Source: Octopus vulgaris
Lineage: Eukaryota
Assembly: GCA_951406725.2 (NCBI GenBank)
Contig: OX597814.1
Span: 127,410,001-127,474,000, forward strand
Direction: 5' to 3'
Length of the DNA: 64,000 nt
In this document: piece after piece, positions 38,906 through 51,468 of the stretch
How positions within the stretch are numbered: the first letter of the stretch is position 1
How the letters are laid out: each line of letters opens with the position of its first letter
Program-made: the position numbers and the translations under genes
The notes under the pieces: model-generated
What the model was told of the DNA's origin: nothing
Database searches by the model: none
What the model saw: only the letters and a program-made list of their open reading frames with translations

Positions 38906-39143
38906 ATAATAAATAGAGCTATGAGAAAATAACTTGAAAGAGCCAGTAGTATGAATTTGAATGAGAAAGTCTAAGAGGACGTACAGAATGTCAGGCATGA
39001 TAAATTCTTAATTTATTAAAATTTCCCTCATAGTCAGAGAAAGAAAACTAAAGCTTAGCATTAATTGTGAATGACTCTGAATGAGAAGGGGAGATAATTT
39101 CAGGAAATTAAGAGTATATTTATAGTTGAATTGATATTAATAA

Positions 39144-39406
39144 ATAAATAAATAAATATGCCCTTTTAAAGCCTAGTCAGGCTCATGGTCCCGGTTTCCC
39201 AGTTTCTGTGGCGTATGTGTTCCCCAGCTGGACGGGACGCCAGTCCATCGCAGCGTTACTCATTTTTGCCAGCTGAGTGGACTGGAGCAAATTGAAATGA
39301 AGTGTTTTGCTCAAGAACACAATGTGTCGCCCGGTCCAAGAATTGAAACCACAATCTTATGACCATGATGCTGATGCCCTAACCACTAAGCCACGCGCCT
39401 CCACTA
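39144..39406 (-). mobile_element. Full-length tRNA-derived SINE family D (Meta-domain-like) with TSD
   Basis: A-box tggcttagtgg, B-box-like gtttcaattct, core gctccagtccactcagctg..gcgatggactggcgtcccgtccag; TSD atattaataa at 39134-43 and 39407-16. Confidence 0.85.
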
Positions 39407-40011
39407 ATATTAATAAGCCTAGCAAAAAATAAAACAATCTGGACTTTGATATGGAGGCATGGGACAGCTGGAATATGTATTTCACTTCTGATTTGTTCTC
39501 ATCAGTATGGCATTGTCTTTACTCACCTCCAAGTGCCATTCCTGCATTACAGAACAGTTCAGCTATATTACTATTATTCAACAATCTCACAACATTCAAA
39601 GAGGTCTTGTTCTGCGTGGTATTAGGTCCTTTAACTGTTTTGCTTTTTTCTTGTTTTAATCATTGGACTGTGGTTGTGCTGGGACATGACCTTCAAGGGC
39701 TTTAGTCAACCAGATTGATTCCAGTTCTTATTTTTAAAGTCTGGTATACATTCATTCAGTTACTTTTGGTCAATTATTGAGTTACAAGGATGTAAACAAA
39801 CCAACACCAGTTGATATGTGGTGGTGTGGAAACAAAAATATGCACAAAGACACACACACACACACACACACATACATATAAAAATACACACACACACACA
39901 CACATGCACACACACACACACACACACACATACATGCAGCTTGGAACCTGGTATGGCTCCCCAGCTTACCAGTTTCCAGTCAAACATATAAGCATGGAAA
40001 ACGGATGTTAA

Positions 40012-40052
<41 letters not shown>

Positions 40053-40221
40053 AACATATAATAATAGGCTTCCTCTCAGTTTCCATCAACCAAGTTCATT
40101 GACAAGGAATTGACCAACCTGAGGCTATTGTAAAAGACATTTGCCCAAGGTGTCATAGGACTAACCCCAAAACCATGTGATTGCAAAACCAGCTTCTTAA
40201 CCAAACACGCCTGCATGTGTA

Positions 40222-42065
40222 GACCCAAACAAGGGGGATAAAATTAGCAATTTTAGGCCCATAATTCTGTTAAACACAAAGTTTAAGATTTTAGCCAAGG
40301 TACTAGCAAAAAGGTGGGTGCAGGTTATGGGTGACCTTGTCAGGGAAGCACAAACTTGTGCCATTTCTGGCAGGTTGATACATGACAATCTGTCGTCTAT
40401 GTGAATGGTTTCCTTTCGAAACCATTCGAGATAAGACGCTTTGTTCACCAGGGAAGTCCCCTGTCCCTGCTTTTGTATGTGTTGGCTCTTGAGTCATTCC
40501 TACGAAGGTTGGGGGCTAAGGGGAGGCAACCCACATGATATGAGTGGAGGGAAGACAGTAACTGCATATATGGATGATATCACATCATCGTGTTGGATGA
40601 AGGGCCTTGTGTAGGAAACACCATCAGAAGATATGAAGCGGTAGCAGGAGCAAGTATTAATAAGGATAAGTCGGTTGGCTTGCAACTCAGCAACTAGAGG
40701 AGCAAGTCGATGTCATCCAATAACATCATGGGACGTTGGACAGAAGGTCCTGTTAAGATGCTAGGGGTCTGGTTTGGTCCAGTCCTCGAGATAGAGAAGA
40801 ATTGGGGTGAGGTCACAAGCAAGGTAACAGCCCTAACCCATACCTGGTATGGAAGAGCATTATCACTGTTAAGGAGGGTGGAAGTAGCATTGGTGTATAT
40901 TGCATCCGTTCTCACCTACCATCTAACCGTCGTGCCTTGTCCTGATTCATGGCTAGGGAAGTTGGAGAAACTCCACTTTCACTTTTTGTGGAAGGGGAGG
41001 CCACTTGTAAGGCACTCTGCTGCCAAAAACCATTAAAGGGTGGACTAGGGATGTCATGGTTGAAGATGCGTAAGTTTGTGCTGAGGCTTAGGTATCTCTG
41101 ATGTCACCTGGATGGTGAGCAGGTGTGGTCACCACTCGTGAAGTTCTTCCTTCCACAGTTGACTTCCCTTCAGGATTTAGCTCCATGGATCAGGCAAAGA
41201 CCTAAGCTGGGAGGGTGGCAATTGGAGTGTCAACAGGCACTTGGGCTCCTCTTTTGGGTGGGCAATGCTGGCAATTGGAGTTCCATCACAGACTTTTATA
41301 ACAGGTTAGTGGAACATATGTCTGACAATGTCCTGGAGAGGACTCTGGGCTTCAATAGAAATGAGTTGGTCAGCCTGTTCAGGAGGGCTTTACTTGTTCA
41401 GGAGAGGTTGTCGAGGCACGGTAGTGCCATCCCGCTGACATGCCCAAGGTATGGGTGGGACAGTGAAACTGTTCTGCACGCCTTTGTGGAGTGTGCGGAG
41501 TTAAAGGGATTGATAACCTATATCGAACAACTGTTGTCAACGAAAAGACAGGTACAGCTGTTGGTTGAATTGATTATCAAGATTGTTCTAACCTCTTCCC
41601 TTAACAAGGAAGGGAGGGACAGTTGTTTTCTGTATCTTAGCCATAATGAAAGATACAGTGAGGTACACACGCGAAAAAGGGATTGCGACAGGTGCCTTCA
41701 TTTCCGGCCAAGGTGTAGTTAATTACTTTAGCTATCACCTAAAAAGTAAGATCGGGCTGGAAAGGAGATACCTGTCGCATAGCATATTTTGAAAAAGATG
41801 GATGAAAGTAGTGAGAAAGTTAGGAATGGATGGAACCAGCTAAGCTCAGCCACCCAAAATGGAAGAAGGAAACGTCGGTTGGCCTATGAGGCCAGGTAAA
41901 ACAACATTTTTAATAATTATCGTTACTTGTAATTATCAAATTTTTAATCAATTATAATGAACTATAATTATGTAAAAAAAAAAAGGAAAATGCACTTTTA
42001 AATGTTTTGTCTGTCTTTGTATTGTCTCCTCTGTGTTGGACCCTTAGTGGCCAAATAAAGAAATT
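40222..42065 (+). mobile_element. Degenerate, internally deleted Tx1/L1-clade LINE (RT to 3' end)
   Basis: NFRPIILLNTKFKILAKVLAKR, EAQTCAISGR, VHQGSPLSLLLYVLALE, AYMDDI, KMLGVWFG, CPR....ETVLHAFVEC; 3' end ccttagtggccaaataaagaaa. Confidence 0.88.
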
Positions 42066-42504
42066 AGAGTGTCATATGCGCAGCCATATATTATACAGAG
42101 AGTTGTAGAAGCTATTAAGAAGAGATATCACTGTGAACAGTTGGTGAATGAATAAGTCTGCAACTACATTAAAACATCATAACACTTATGTCCAATGCCA
42201 GTCAGGTAGGATATAGTGGATCTAGTTGCAAGCCTACAACATTCCATCCATAATGGAAGGACTATATACTGTTATTCTCATGCCTTGTCTTACTCCATAA
42301 CTTCTTAATATTTTAGGTTCTTCCATCTTTCTAAATTACCTTCCCAATATTCCATCAACCAGCAGCAAGGAGTTCAAGTCAGCTCATTTGATAAGGCCAA
42401 GACATTACTTTGTTATTACAACGTAGCTTGGGAACACAAAAAATTACGACAAATCCAGCTGCATTCTCCAGTAATTAGCATCATGCAGGTATCTAAGCAT
42501 TAAT

Positions 42505-42740
42505 TGGGGTACATGACTTAGTGGTTAGAGTGTTGGGATTCATGATCATAAGATTGTGGTTTTGATTCCTGCACCAGGTGATGTATTGTGTTCTTGAGCG
42601 AAACACTTCATTTCACATTGCTCTAGTTCATTCAGCTGGTAAAAATGAGTAATCATGCAAAGGATTGGCGTCCCATCCCAGGATGGGTTAATATACACCA
42701 GAGAAAATGGGAAATCAGCCCTCTGCCCCTTATGGAGTAA
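42505..42740 (+). mobile_element. SINE family D, degenerate
   Basis: Homologous to 39144-39406. Confidence 0.78.
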
Positions 42741-42779
42741 TGTGATCTAACCATAACCGTAACCAGATATTGAGCATTG

Positions 42780-43000
42780 TCTTGTCTTGTTGTCTTGAGA
42801 CAGCATTCACCAAGGGTGGGTTGAGCTGGCTTCATTCATCCTCAATGCTGCATCTCTCACAAATGCCGACCGGACCTGGCGATTTGAGGCTAACAACCGC
42901 ATGATCTCCAACCACTCCTTATTCCAGCGGTGGATGCCATAGATATGGGGGCCTAGGTTGGGTTCCAGATCAGCCTTGACTGTTATCATTGGTTTTTACT
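42780..43000 (-). mobile_element. RTE-type LINE 3' terminal remnant, fourth family
   Basis: KADLEPNLGPHIYGIHRWNKEWLEIMRLLASNRQVRSAFVRDA..STHPW*, followed by short (CAAGA)-like repeats. Confidence 0.6.
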
Positions 43001-43079
43001 TAGTTTAAACTCCTGCATTTTCATTTCACATCCTCCTTGTAGAAAACAACAAGATGCAACTTGTTGATTCTCATTGCTT

Positions 43080-43370
43080 TGATACTGTTGCATCATTGTA
43101 TCAGTGCATCAGAAAAGATACAAAGAACTTGGTTATACCACCAGGCATACTCAGCTGGAGATGACTTGGATGTTGCCAGAACATGCTCCAAAGAGGCCAA
43201 AAAGTGAATACTGATGACAAAACAGTGTCACTCCAGCTGCTCAATCTAATATCGGTTGGGATTAGAAGCACATTATAGATCACTTTCAAAAGGAATTGCA
43301 GCTCGTCTGGAAACTTGGCCAGCTCCATTTTCCTTTACTCAGCTATTTCCCATGCTTACCAAGTGCATTT
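43080..43370 (-). mobile_element. Highly degenerate RLE-type (Hero/NeSL-like) non-LTR fragment
   Basis: LQFLLKVIYNVLLIPTDI, then frameshifted SLEHVLATSKSSPAEYAWWYNQVL, resembling FL..vYD.LP.P.NL..LeHIL..C...Y.WRHNQVL. Confidence 0.55.
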
Positions 43371-45300
43371 GCCTACTAACTCTGCTGTCTTAATTGTACA
43401 TCCCTCCTCTTCATTATCCTAATAATATTGACATTATTAGGATAATGTCAATATTATTAAGATAATGTCGAAGTTTAAATGGTGATATTAACAATTATTA
43501 TGCTTCCTGTCTTTATAAAAAAATACAGCTTAGATTAAATATGGTTTGCTTTTGTGCAAGGACATGGAATAAAATATTTCTAATGAGACAACCTAGTTAG
43601 TACTGGAGATGATTGTAAATAAAAGTATAGTAGCCAGAATAATGAAGGGTGGAAGATGATCAAGCAGTAGTTATTATCTCTGTTGGCAAAAATACTGCTG
43701 TTTCTCCCTGTACAAAGGTAGAGTGTATGAGATAGCATTGATTCCCCTGCAGTATGCTGGATAAGGCTTGGTGCACCATTAAAAATATCAAATTATATTT
43801 TTAAAAATGTGAAAAATGCAATTTGAAATTCTAAATATAAATACATAAATACAAATATAAATATATAAATATATAAATATAAACAAAAATATATAAATTG
43901 CAACAGCCAGGTTTCATTTACTGAATAAAGAAGTAAGTACTTAATAATTTCCTGTGGTTTAGATTATTTATATTTATAGGCTAAAATATATAAATATCTA
44001 AATATATAATTAAATTTTTAATGCATCTTTTAAAGAAAAATTATGTACAAAATGCACCATAGCTATTTTTATTTGCTCAAAAGGATGCTGTGAGTATTAA
44101 AATGTTTGGAAGCCACTGAAGTATGCATAAAAAATATGAGGCTACATTCTCATGAGACAGGGCTATTGAGTGTAATAAATCTGTAGAGACTGGAGAGAAA
44201 TTGGTAGGATATTATTTGTTAAATGACAATAGTTAACTTATGTGTTATGGTGAAGAGGGAGTGACTAGACATTGAAAATATCAGCCAATATGTGAAGAAG
44301 AAATGGATGCGTTGGTGCAGTGATAAGTGATGAGCAAAAAAATGAATGTGTGCTTACAAGAAAAGGTACCTGTGTGTGAGTGTGTGTAAAAATGAGAGAG
44401 AGAGAAATTCATTCCAGTACTGGACTAGTACTTTATTGAACCTGGTAGGATTTGAACTCAGACCACAGAGAGTCAGAATGAATACTGCAAAGGATTTCAT
44501 TTGATTCTCTAGCAACTCTGCCAACTGTATATCTATATGTATGTATGGCATGTGTACCACTAAGTTCAGTTCCCCTCTTGACTTATTTCTAACTCTCATC
44601 TTACTGGAAGAATCTGTGTACATGGCTGGCATGGCTGGCATGGTTGGCATGGCTCTTACAATCCATTCATCTACGCTTTGTTTTCTTAATGATCATCAGA
44701 GTAATAAAGAAACATTCTCCTGGCCAATGAATGCCAGCTAGAGGAGCTTGCTTTTAGTTTGGGAGTTCTGTAGTTGCATACATAACACTTGCAAACCCCT
44801 TAATTTTACTCTTTCTACCTTCAATATATACCTAAAATCCAACATCTCTTTTGGTAGCCTGATATTGCTCCTTGCTCCCCTGTTACTTTTCTTGTGTTTC
44901 TAGATCTGTCTCTCACCTTTTGCTTTTGTGGAAGCAGGTGGTTTAGTGGATAGGGTGTTGAACAGTATGACTTGAGAAAGAAAGTTTACTTTCTTTTTCT
45001 TATCCTTTGTGGTTCTATCTAGTGTATTATTCTATCACTATGTAACCTTCTGTCTGACTGGAATCTTACTCTGTGTCCTGACCTGAGCCTTGCCATAGCA
45101 TGTTTTGTGAAAACTCTTAATTGTCTTCTATGTTATTGGTCTGTCTCGTATTCAATTATTTTAAATTCCATGTATCCATCAGATGGACTTGATTCAAATG
45201 AAATCCATCAAATGAATGCTCTAATTTGCACGAATATTGAAGTCAAGTAATAGTTGTAATTATATTTATCTGCTGCATTATAATAAATATAATTACCCTG

Positions 45301-45354
<54 letters not shown>

Positions 45355-45800
45355 TTAAGGTCCATTTTCCATGCTGGCATGGGTTGGACAATTTGACTAG
45401 AGCTGACAAGCAGGAGAGCTGCACCAGGTTCCAGTCTAATTTGGCATGGTTTCTATAGCTGGATGCCCTTCCTAATGCTAACCACTTTATAGAATGTGCT
45501 GGGTGCTTTTTACATGGTGCTGGCACAAGTGCTATTATGTGATACTGGCACAAGTGCTATTGTGTGGTGCCAGCATGGAAGCAGTTTATGTGATGCTGTC
45601 ACAGGTGCTTTATTACATGACACTGACACAGGGCTCTTGCAGGCCAATCCTCTTCAGCAGGATGAGCAGCCTAAAACAATTCTTCTGTGGAAGACAGGTT
45701 TTTTTTTTAAGTACAGCAAGGTGCTGCACATGTGTGTTTGTGTAGGATAATTATATTTATTATAATTATATGTATATGTATATACATATATGTGTGTGGA

Positions 45801-45871
<71 letters not shown>

Positions 45872-45875
<4 letters not shown>

Positions 45876-46184
45876 TCATCATCATCGTTTAACATCTGCT
45901 TTCCATGCTAGCATGGGTTGGATGATTTTAACTGAGGGCTGGCGAACCAGATGGCAGAGTTTCTACAGCTGGATGCCCTTCCTAATGCCAACCACTTCGA
46001 GAGTGTAGTGGGTGCTTTTTACGTGCCACCGGCATGGGGCCAGTCAGGCGGTACTGGCAATGACCTCACTCAAATCTTTTTACACATGTCACCGACACGG
46101 AAGCCAGTTAGCCGCTCTGGCAATGATCACGCTCAGATGGTACTCTTGGCACCCTACTAGCACGGGCACAAGTGCCAGTAAGGC

Positions 46185-46252
<68 letters not shown>

Positions 46253-46637
46253 GTGTGTGTGTGTGTTGTGATACCCGTGCCGGTGGCATGTAAAAAAACA
46301 CCATCCGAACGTGGCTGAATGGTGGAACATAAAAAGCACTAACTGATCGTGGATGTTGCCAGCCTCCTCTGGCCACTGTGCCGGTGGCATGTGTAAAAAG
46401 ATTTGAACAAGGTCTTTGCCAGGACCGCCTGACTGGCCCCATGCTGGTGGCATGTAAAAGCACCCACTACACTCTCGGAGTGGTTGGCGTTAGGAAGGGC
46501 ATCCAGCTGTAGAAAGTCTGCCAAATCAAGATTGGAGCTTGGTACAGCCATCTGGTTCGCCAGCCCTCAGTCAAAATCGTCCAACCCATTCTAGCATGGA
46601 AAGCGGATGTTAAATGATGATGATGATGATGATGATG

Positions 46638-46638
<1 letters not shown>
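45872..46638. mobile_element. Head-to-head pair of RTE 3'-UTR fragments (minus 45872-46183, plus 46265-46638) around (TA)n
   Basis: Both end in (GAT)n tails pointing outward. Confidence 0.85.
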
Positions 46639-46685
<47 letters not shown>

Positions 46686-47577
46686 CCATAGACAGACAGA
46701 TAGATATACATATGCATTTTTGATTCTTTTCTTAGGCTTTCAATGCTGAAGAAAGATGAGTCATAGATGGGTAAATATAAACTACATCATATTTTTCTTA
46801 CTGTTGGTCAGCTGTGTATAAACTAGTCAAAATGGATTACAAGAGTGATAAAAGATGTAAAAGATAACATAAATTGTGTGTTGGTAAATGAGATTCTTTC
46901 CTTATACCTAGAAGTTTCCCACAAAGCCATTAGATATGAGGGAAATAATTGTGTTTACCAACATACAGTTATAATAGAGTCTTACATAAGTATGTATTGA
47001 GCACTTTGCATATATGAAAACACAAACATTTTACTATAATAATAACTTTTTTTTTATATATACCCAGGCCTATTCCCCATTTTTTTAGGAGCAGGTAGCC
47101 ACAACAAGACACACACCAGGGATTCCATTCATTTCCCAGCTCAAAGAGGCGAGCCCCATTCTATGCTTGGGTTAAGGCATAGAACGCAAGCCCCTGTGAC
47201 TGGGGCGGGGGGGGACCAGTAAAATGCAGTCACAGCATTCCCTGCATGGCGTAAGAGGCAACTAAAAGGGGCAAGAGCGAAGCAACTAGGAATCCATTCC
47301 TCCGAGTAATTTCATATTCCTAAAAAGACAAGAAATCTTAACTTAAACTATACTTTTATAATACCCTATATCATAATATATATGTATACATACACACATT
47401 GATGTGTACAAACTCAGATTCTTTTTCACCATGCACTACATTCACTTTTATTCCCAAAACCTTGTGAGTACTAGGTAGAAACTGAAAGAAGCCTGTTGTG
47501 CATGTATGCATGAGTATATATATATATGTAGGAGAGTGTATGTATGTATGTGCAGATTTGTTTGTTTTTATGTATAT

Positions 47578-47770
47578 ATTCTCAGGCATATAGTTACATA
47601 TCTAGACATGCTCATATTTAAATGATAAACTTCTGGAAAGTTTTACAGATTTTTACAGTTCCAGTGATGGATTGGATCTGTAGTCTTTGAATTAGCTTTC
47701 TCTTTTCTGGTTTTGAGAAGCCTAATTTCTCACGATTGGTATGTGGGCAGTGTGTTACATATCCCAAGCC
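47578..47770 (-). mobile_element. R4/Dong-like LINE ORF-end fragment
   Basis: Reverse complement of ~21535-21730 (ctacagatccaatccatcactggaactgtaaaaatctgtaaaactttccagaagtttatcatttaa). Confidence 0.85.
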
Positions 47771-47852
47771 CCACTCTGTTTAATTTACAGTAAATTTTGA
47801 TTGGGTACCAACTTGGTAGCAAGGTTGTGAAGGAAAGTATCTTGATTTAACT

Positions 47853-49245
47853 ATAATAATAATAATAATGAAATTATTGTATACAGTGCTCAGGTGCACC
47901 ACAACTTGTCAGAAAGTGTGTATAAAGTGTATGCAGTAATGTACAAATGTCTGGAAAGTGAACAATGTATGAGTCAGATACATGCTTGTGTGTGTATGGA
48001 GGGGAGAAAATCAGGTGTAGTGTTGGTGAATCTCAGAAAGCATGGAAGTTTTGAAGGATGCAGTGCTCCGACAACTAACAACTGATGCCGGCACTTTGTT
48101 CCATGCTTCAGCAACTCTCAGTGTGAAACAATGTTTCCTAAAGTCATGAGAGCTGTGCTGTTTTCTGACTTTGTAAATATGCCAAAGGGTGTTAGACAGG
48201 TGGAGTTTGAAAAGGTGCTCAGAGTTATTGTTTGTAAGATGGTTAATAATTTTATGGGTGTCTGCCAAGTCAACTGCCAGACGTCGGAGTTTCAATATGT
48301 CCATGCCCAGGGAAGTAAGGCATTCAGAATATGGCAAATGCCTGATGGAGGGTATTCTTTTGGTTGCACGTCACTGAATGGCTTCCAGATGGTTAATATC
48401 CTGGGCAAGATAGGGGTTCCAGACCGGTGATGCAAATTCCAGGTGAGGTCTTACCAGAGCTATATAAAGCCGCAGATAGATAACCGGAGTGCGGCTCACA
48501 AAGGACTTGGTGAGTGATGCTAAGACATCCTCAGCCTTCTTGGCAATTTTAGCGATGTGTTTTGTCCAATGCAAATCGCTGTCGGCAATAACACCCAGGT
48601 CACGTTCATACGAAGACTTTTTGAGATTAGTGTTGTGGAGGGAGTAGGTAGACGCTGGGTTTTTCCTCCCAAAATGCATGGTGGTACATTTGTCCACAGC
48701 CTGCTTGAGTTGCCAGTCCATGATCCACTGCTGCATTGTGTCCAGGTCTGATTGCAATAGAGATTTATAGTGTACAGGATCTGACCGCTTTATTTCGAGG
48801 TACAGCTTGATGTCACCTGCATATTTCAGCACTGTGGCATTCTTTAAGTTGGCATCTATGTCATTAACATATGCAACAAATAAAAGGGGGCCAAGAACAG
48901 ATCCCTGTGGTACACCAGATGTCATCTCATAGGGTGAAGAGTGCTGTCCTAGAACTGTGACAACCTCTTTTCGGCTGAAAATAAAGGACTTCAACCAGTT
49001 ATAGAGATCGTCTCTTACGCCCAATGCAGAGAGTTTCACCATAAGTCTTTTGTGTGGCACAGAGTTAAAAGCTTTAGCAAAGTCCAGGTAAACAACATCC
49101 ACCCAGGATCTGCGATCAGTGATTGGGGTAATGTCCTCAAGAAACTCGATGAGTTGATTACAGCAGCTGGAGTTAGGAATAAATTCAAATTGTGACGGCT
49201 GGATGAGGCTGTGAGACTTCCAGAAGTTCCAGAGGGTTTCCCTGA
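47853..49245 (-). mobile_element. 5'-truncated CR1-group LINE (RT domain to (TTA)n tail)
   Basis: DVVYLDFAKAFNSVPH, SGVPQGSVLGPLLFVAYVND, KYAGDIKL (catalytic DD lost), RDLGVI, LVRPHLEFASPVWNP, FTLRVAEAWNKVP..FK. Confidence 0.92.
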
Positions 49246-49480
49246 CATAATGTATGTATGCATGTATGCAGGTATGCATGTATGCATACATACATGCATG
49301 TGTGTGCTGTCTACTGAGAGATTAGTAACTTATAGCCGTTAATGGTGTATACAAACTAAAACTCATCTAAATTGGTCAGTCAAATTTGCATGATAGTGCA
49401 TATACTGAAGACATAGACAAATTACTTAATTCAGAGTATACTATAGTTTTGGGGATAACAAACAAATAATAGACAATCTT

Positions 49481-49519
49481 TCTCTGATGAAGTTCTAAGA
49501 GGAGCAGAAACTAGTCAGA
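49481..49519 (+). ncRNA. Minimal type I hammerhead motif (GUC site), stem II base mismatched
   Basis: tct-CTGATGA(49484-90)-a-gttct-aaga-ggagc-a-GAAA(49507-10)-ctag-TC(49515-16)-aga. Confidence 0.55.
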
Positions 49520-49759
49520 TTATCTCACTTTCTTCCAACAGAGAAATTAAAACAAAATAATTAAGAAAAACCTTCTGATGTAGCCATATGGTGTGTCTCA
49601 CATGTGTAATACAGTGAACTGAAAAAATGTTGATTAACTGAGATTATTTGTGCAATCAATTGATAAAAAAAACTCTCTCAACTGGTTGCAGTTATCTAAA
49701 AGCAAAGAGAAAAGGAGATAATCTATTAGAAGTAAATAACTGAGATTATTTCTGGCAGT

Positions 49760-50065
49760 CTGCCAATTGTGATGTTGAGGGTTCCATGTGATCCAGTCAA
49801 TGGAATAGCTTGCTTGTGAAATAAATATGCAAGTGGCTGAGCACTCCACAGACATGCATATCCTTAATGTAATTATCAGACAGATCTAATAAGTCACAGA
49901 ATCTGACAAGGCTGGTCCTTTGACATACAGGTAATACTCCAACTGAATGGACTGGAGCAACTGGAATAAAGTGTCTTGCTCAAGGACACAACACACTGCC
50001 GGGAATTGAGCTCATGACCTTATGATCATGAGCCGAAAACTCTAACCACTAAGTCATGCGCCTTT
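49760..50065 (-). mobile_element. tRNA-derived SINE related to family D with a different tail
   Basis: Reverse complement ggcgcatgacttagtggttagag..gagctcaattcccggcagtgtgttgtgtccttgagcaagacacttt..gctccagtccattcag. Confidence 0.72.
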
Positions 50066-50152
50066 GACTAAAATTATTGGAAAATAAAAGGTGATATAGA
50101 TGAAAGTGGATCAATTCTTTAAACCAGCTTGTGAAAGCAGTGAATATGTTTC

Positions 50153-50381
50153 TTATTTCTTTATTGCCCACAAGGAGCTAAACATAGAGGGGACAAACAA
50201 GGACAGACAAAGGGATTAAGTCGATTACATCGACCCCAGTGCATAACTGGTACTTAATTTATCGATCCCAAAAAAATGAAAGGCTAAGTTGATCTTGGCG
50301 GAATTTGAACTCAGAATATAAAAACAGACAAAAAACTGCTAAGCATTTCGCCCAGCATGCTAATGCCAGCTCACCGCCTTA
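50153..50381 (-). mobile_element. Full-length SINE family C with TSD
   Basis: aatatgtttc at 50143-52 and 50382-91. Confidence 0.9.
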
Positions 50382-50664
50382 AATATGTTTCACTGTTATT
50401 ATATTCAGTAACATATATTCAACTCAGTTTGGCAAGACTTAGAAGTTATTGGTGTATATAAAAATAATGACAATATTGTATGATAAATATCAGCAACATG
50501 GCTGAGAGAAAATACTTCAAGGAAGTATTCTGCAGTATACTAAACTGAAATATGATAGAATCTCACATACCTACACATGAGAATCTTATCTATCTTGAAT
50601 GACTTCTTTCTAGAATCTCACAGCCTTAAAGTTAAAACTGGATGAAATTCTTCATAAAATACAA

Positions 50665-50716
<52 letters not shown>

Positions 50717-51218
50717 AGAGAAAGAGAGAGAGAGAATTGTACTAGTCATAAACAGTGTAAAGGATCCTCCTAAAACCTGTCATATGGTTCTACTACTTTC
50801 TAAACCTGTTAAAAAAAATATTAGATTATATCTGAGAATGCAATTTCCATGATATGATATACTTTGATAATACAGCCAAGTAGAGGGATGTAACTATAAT
50901 TATCTCAAACTTCAATTTAGGTTACAGAACTCTCTTATCTCTGAGTATGGGAGGGCTTGAAAGGGTTATAGGTACTGTTCTACTTCTTTGGATTAAATAA
51001 TGAAAAGAAAAAAAATGTGTGAGTATATGTGTGCTTGTGTGTAAGTGTGTGTGTGTATGTGTGTGTGTGTGCATGTTTGTGCATGTGTGTGTGTGCATGC
51101 AAGCATACATGCATGTGTGTACTTATATAATGATAAGCATGCACAGGCAGCAACATATAAATGTAGATGTGTACATCATAATACACACCCCCACATCTAT
51201 CTATCTATCTATCTATCT

Positions 51219-51450
51219 TATTTCTTTATTGCCCATAAGGGGCTAAACATAGAGAGGACAAACAAGAACAGACAAAGAGATTAAGACGATTACATCGACC
51301 CCAGTGCGTAACTGGTACTTAATTTATTGACCCCGAAAGGATGAATGGCAAAGTCGACCTTGACGGAATTTGAACTCAAAACATAATGGTAGACAAAATA
51401 CTGATAAGCATTTCGCCCGATGTGCTAACATTTCTGCCAGCTCGCCGCCT
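51219..51450 (-). mobile_element. Full-length SINE family C in (TCTA)n
   Basis: Homologous to 15871-16104; (TCTA)n on both sides. Confidence 0.9.
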
Positions 51451-51468
51451 TCTATCTATCTATCTATC

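Noticed and set aside
43750-44118. hAT MITE ending aaatgtttggaagccactg
   Set aside because: Only one TIR-like end was found, so boundaries are unsupported
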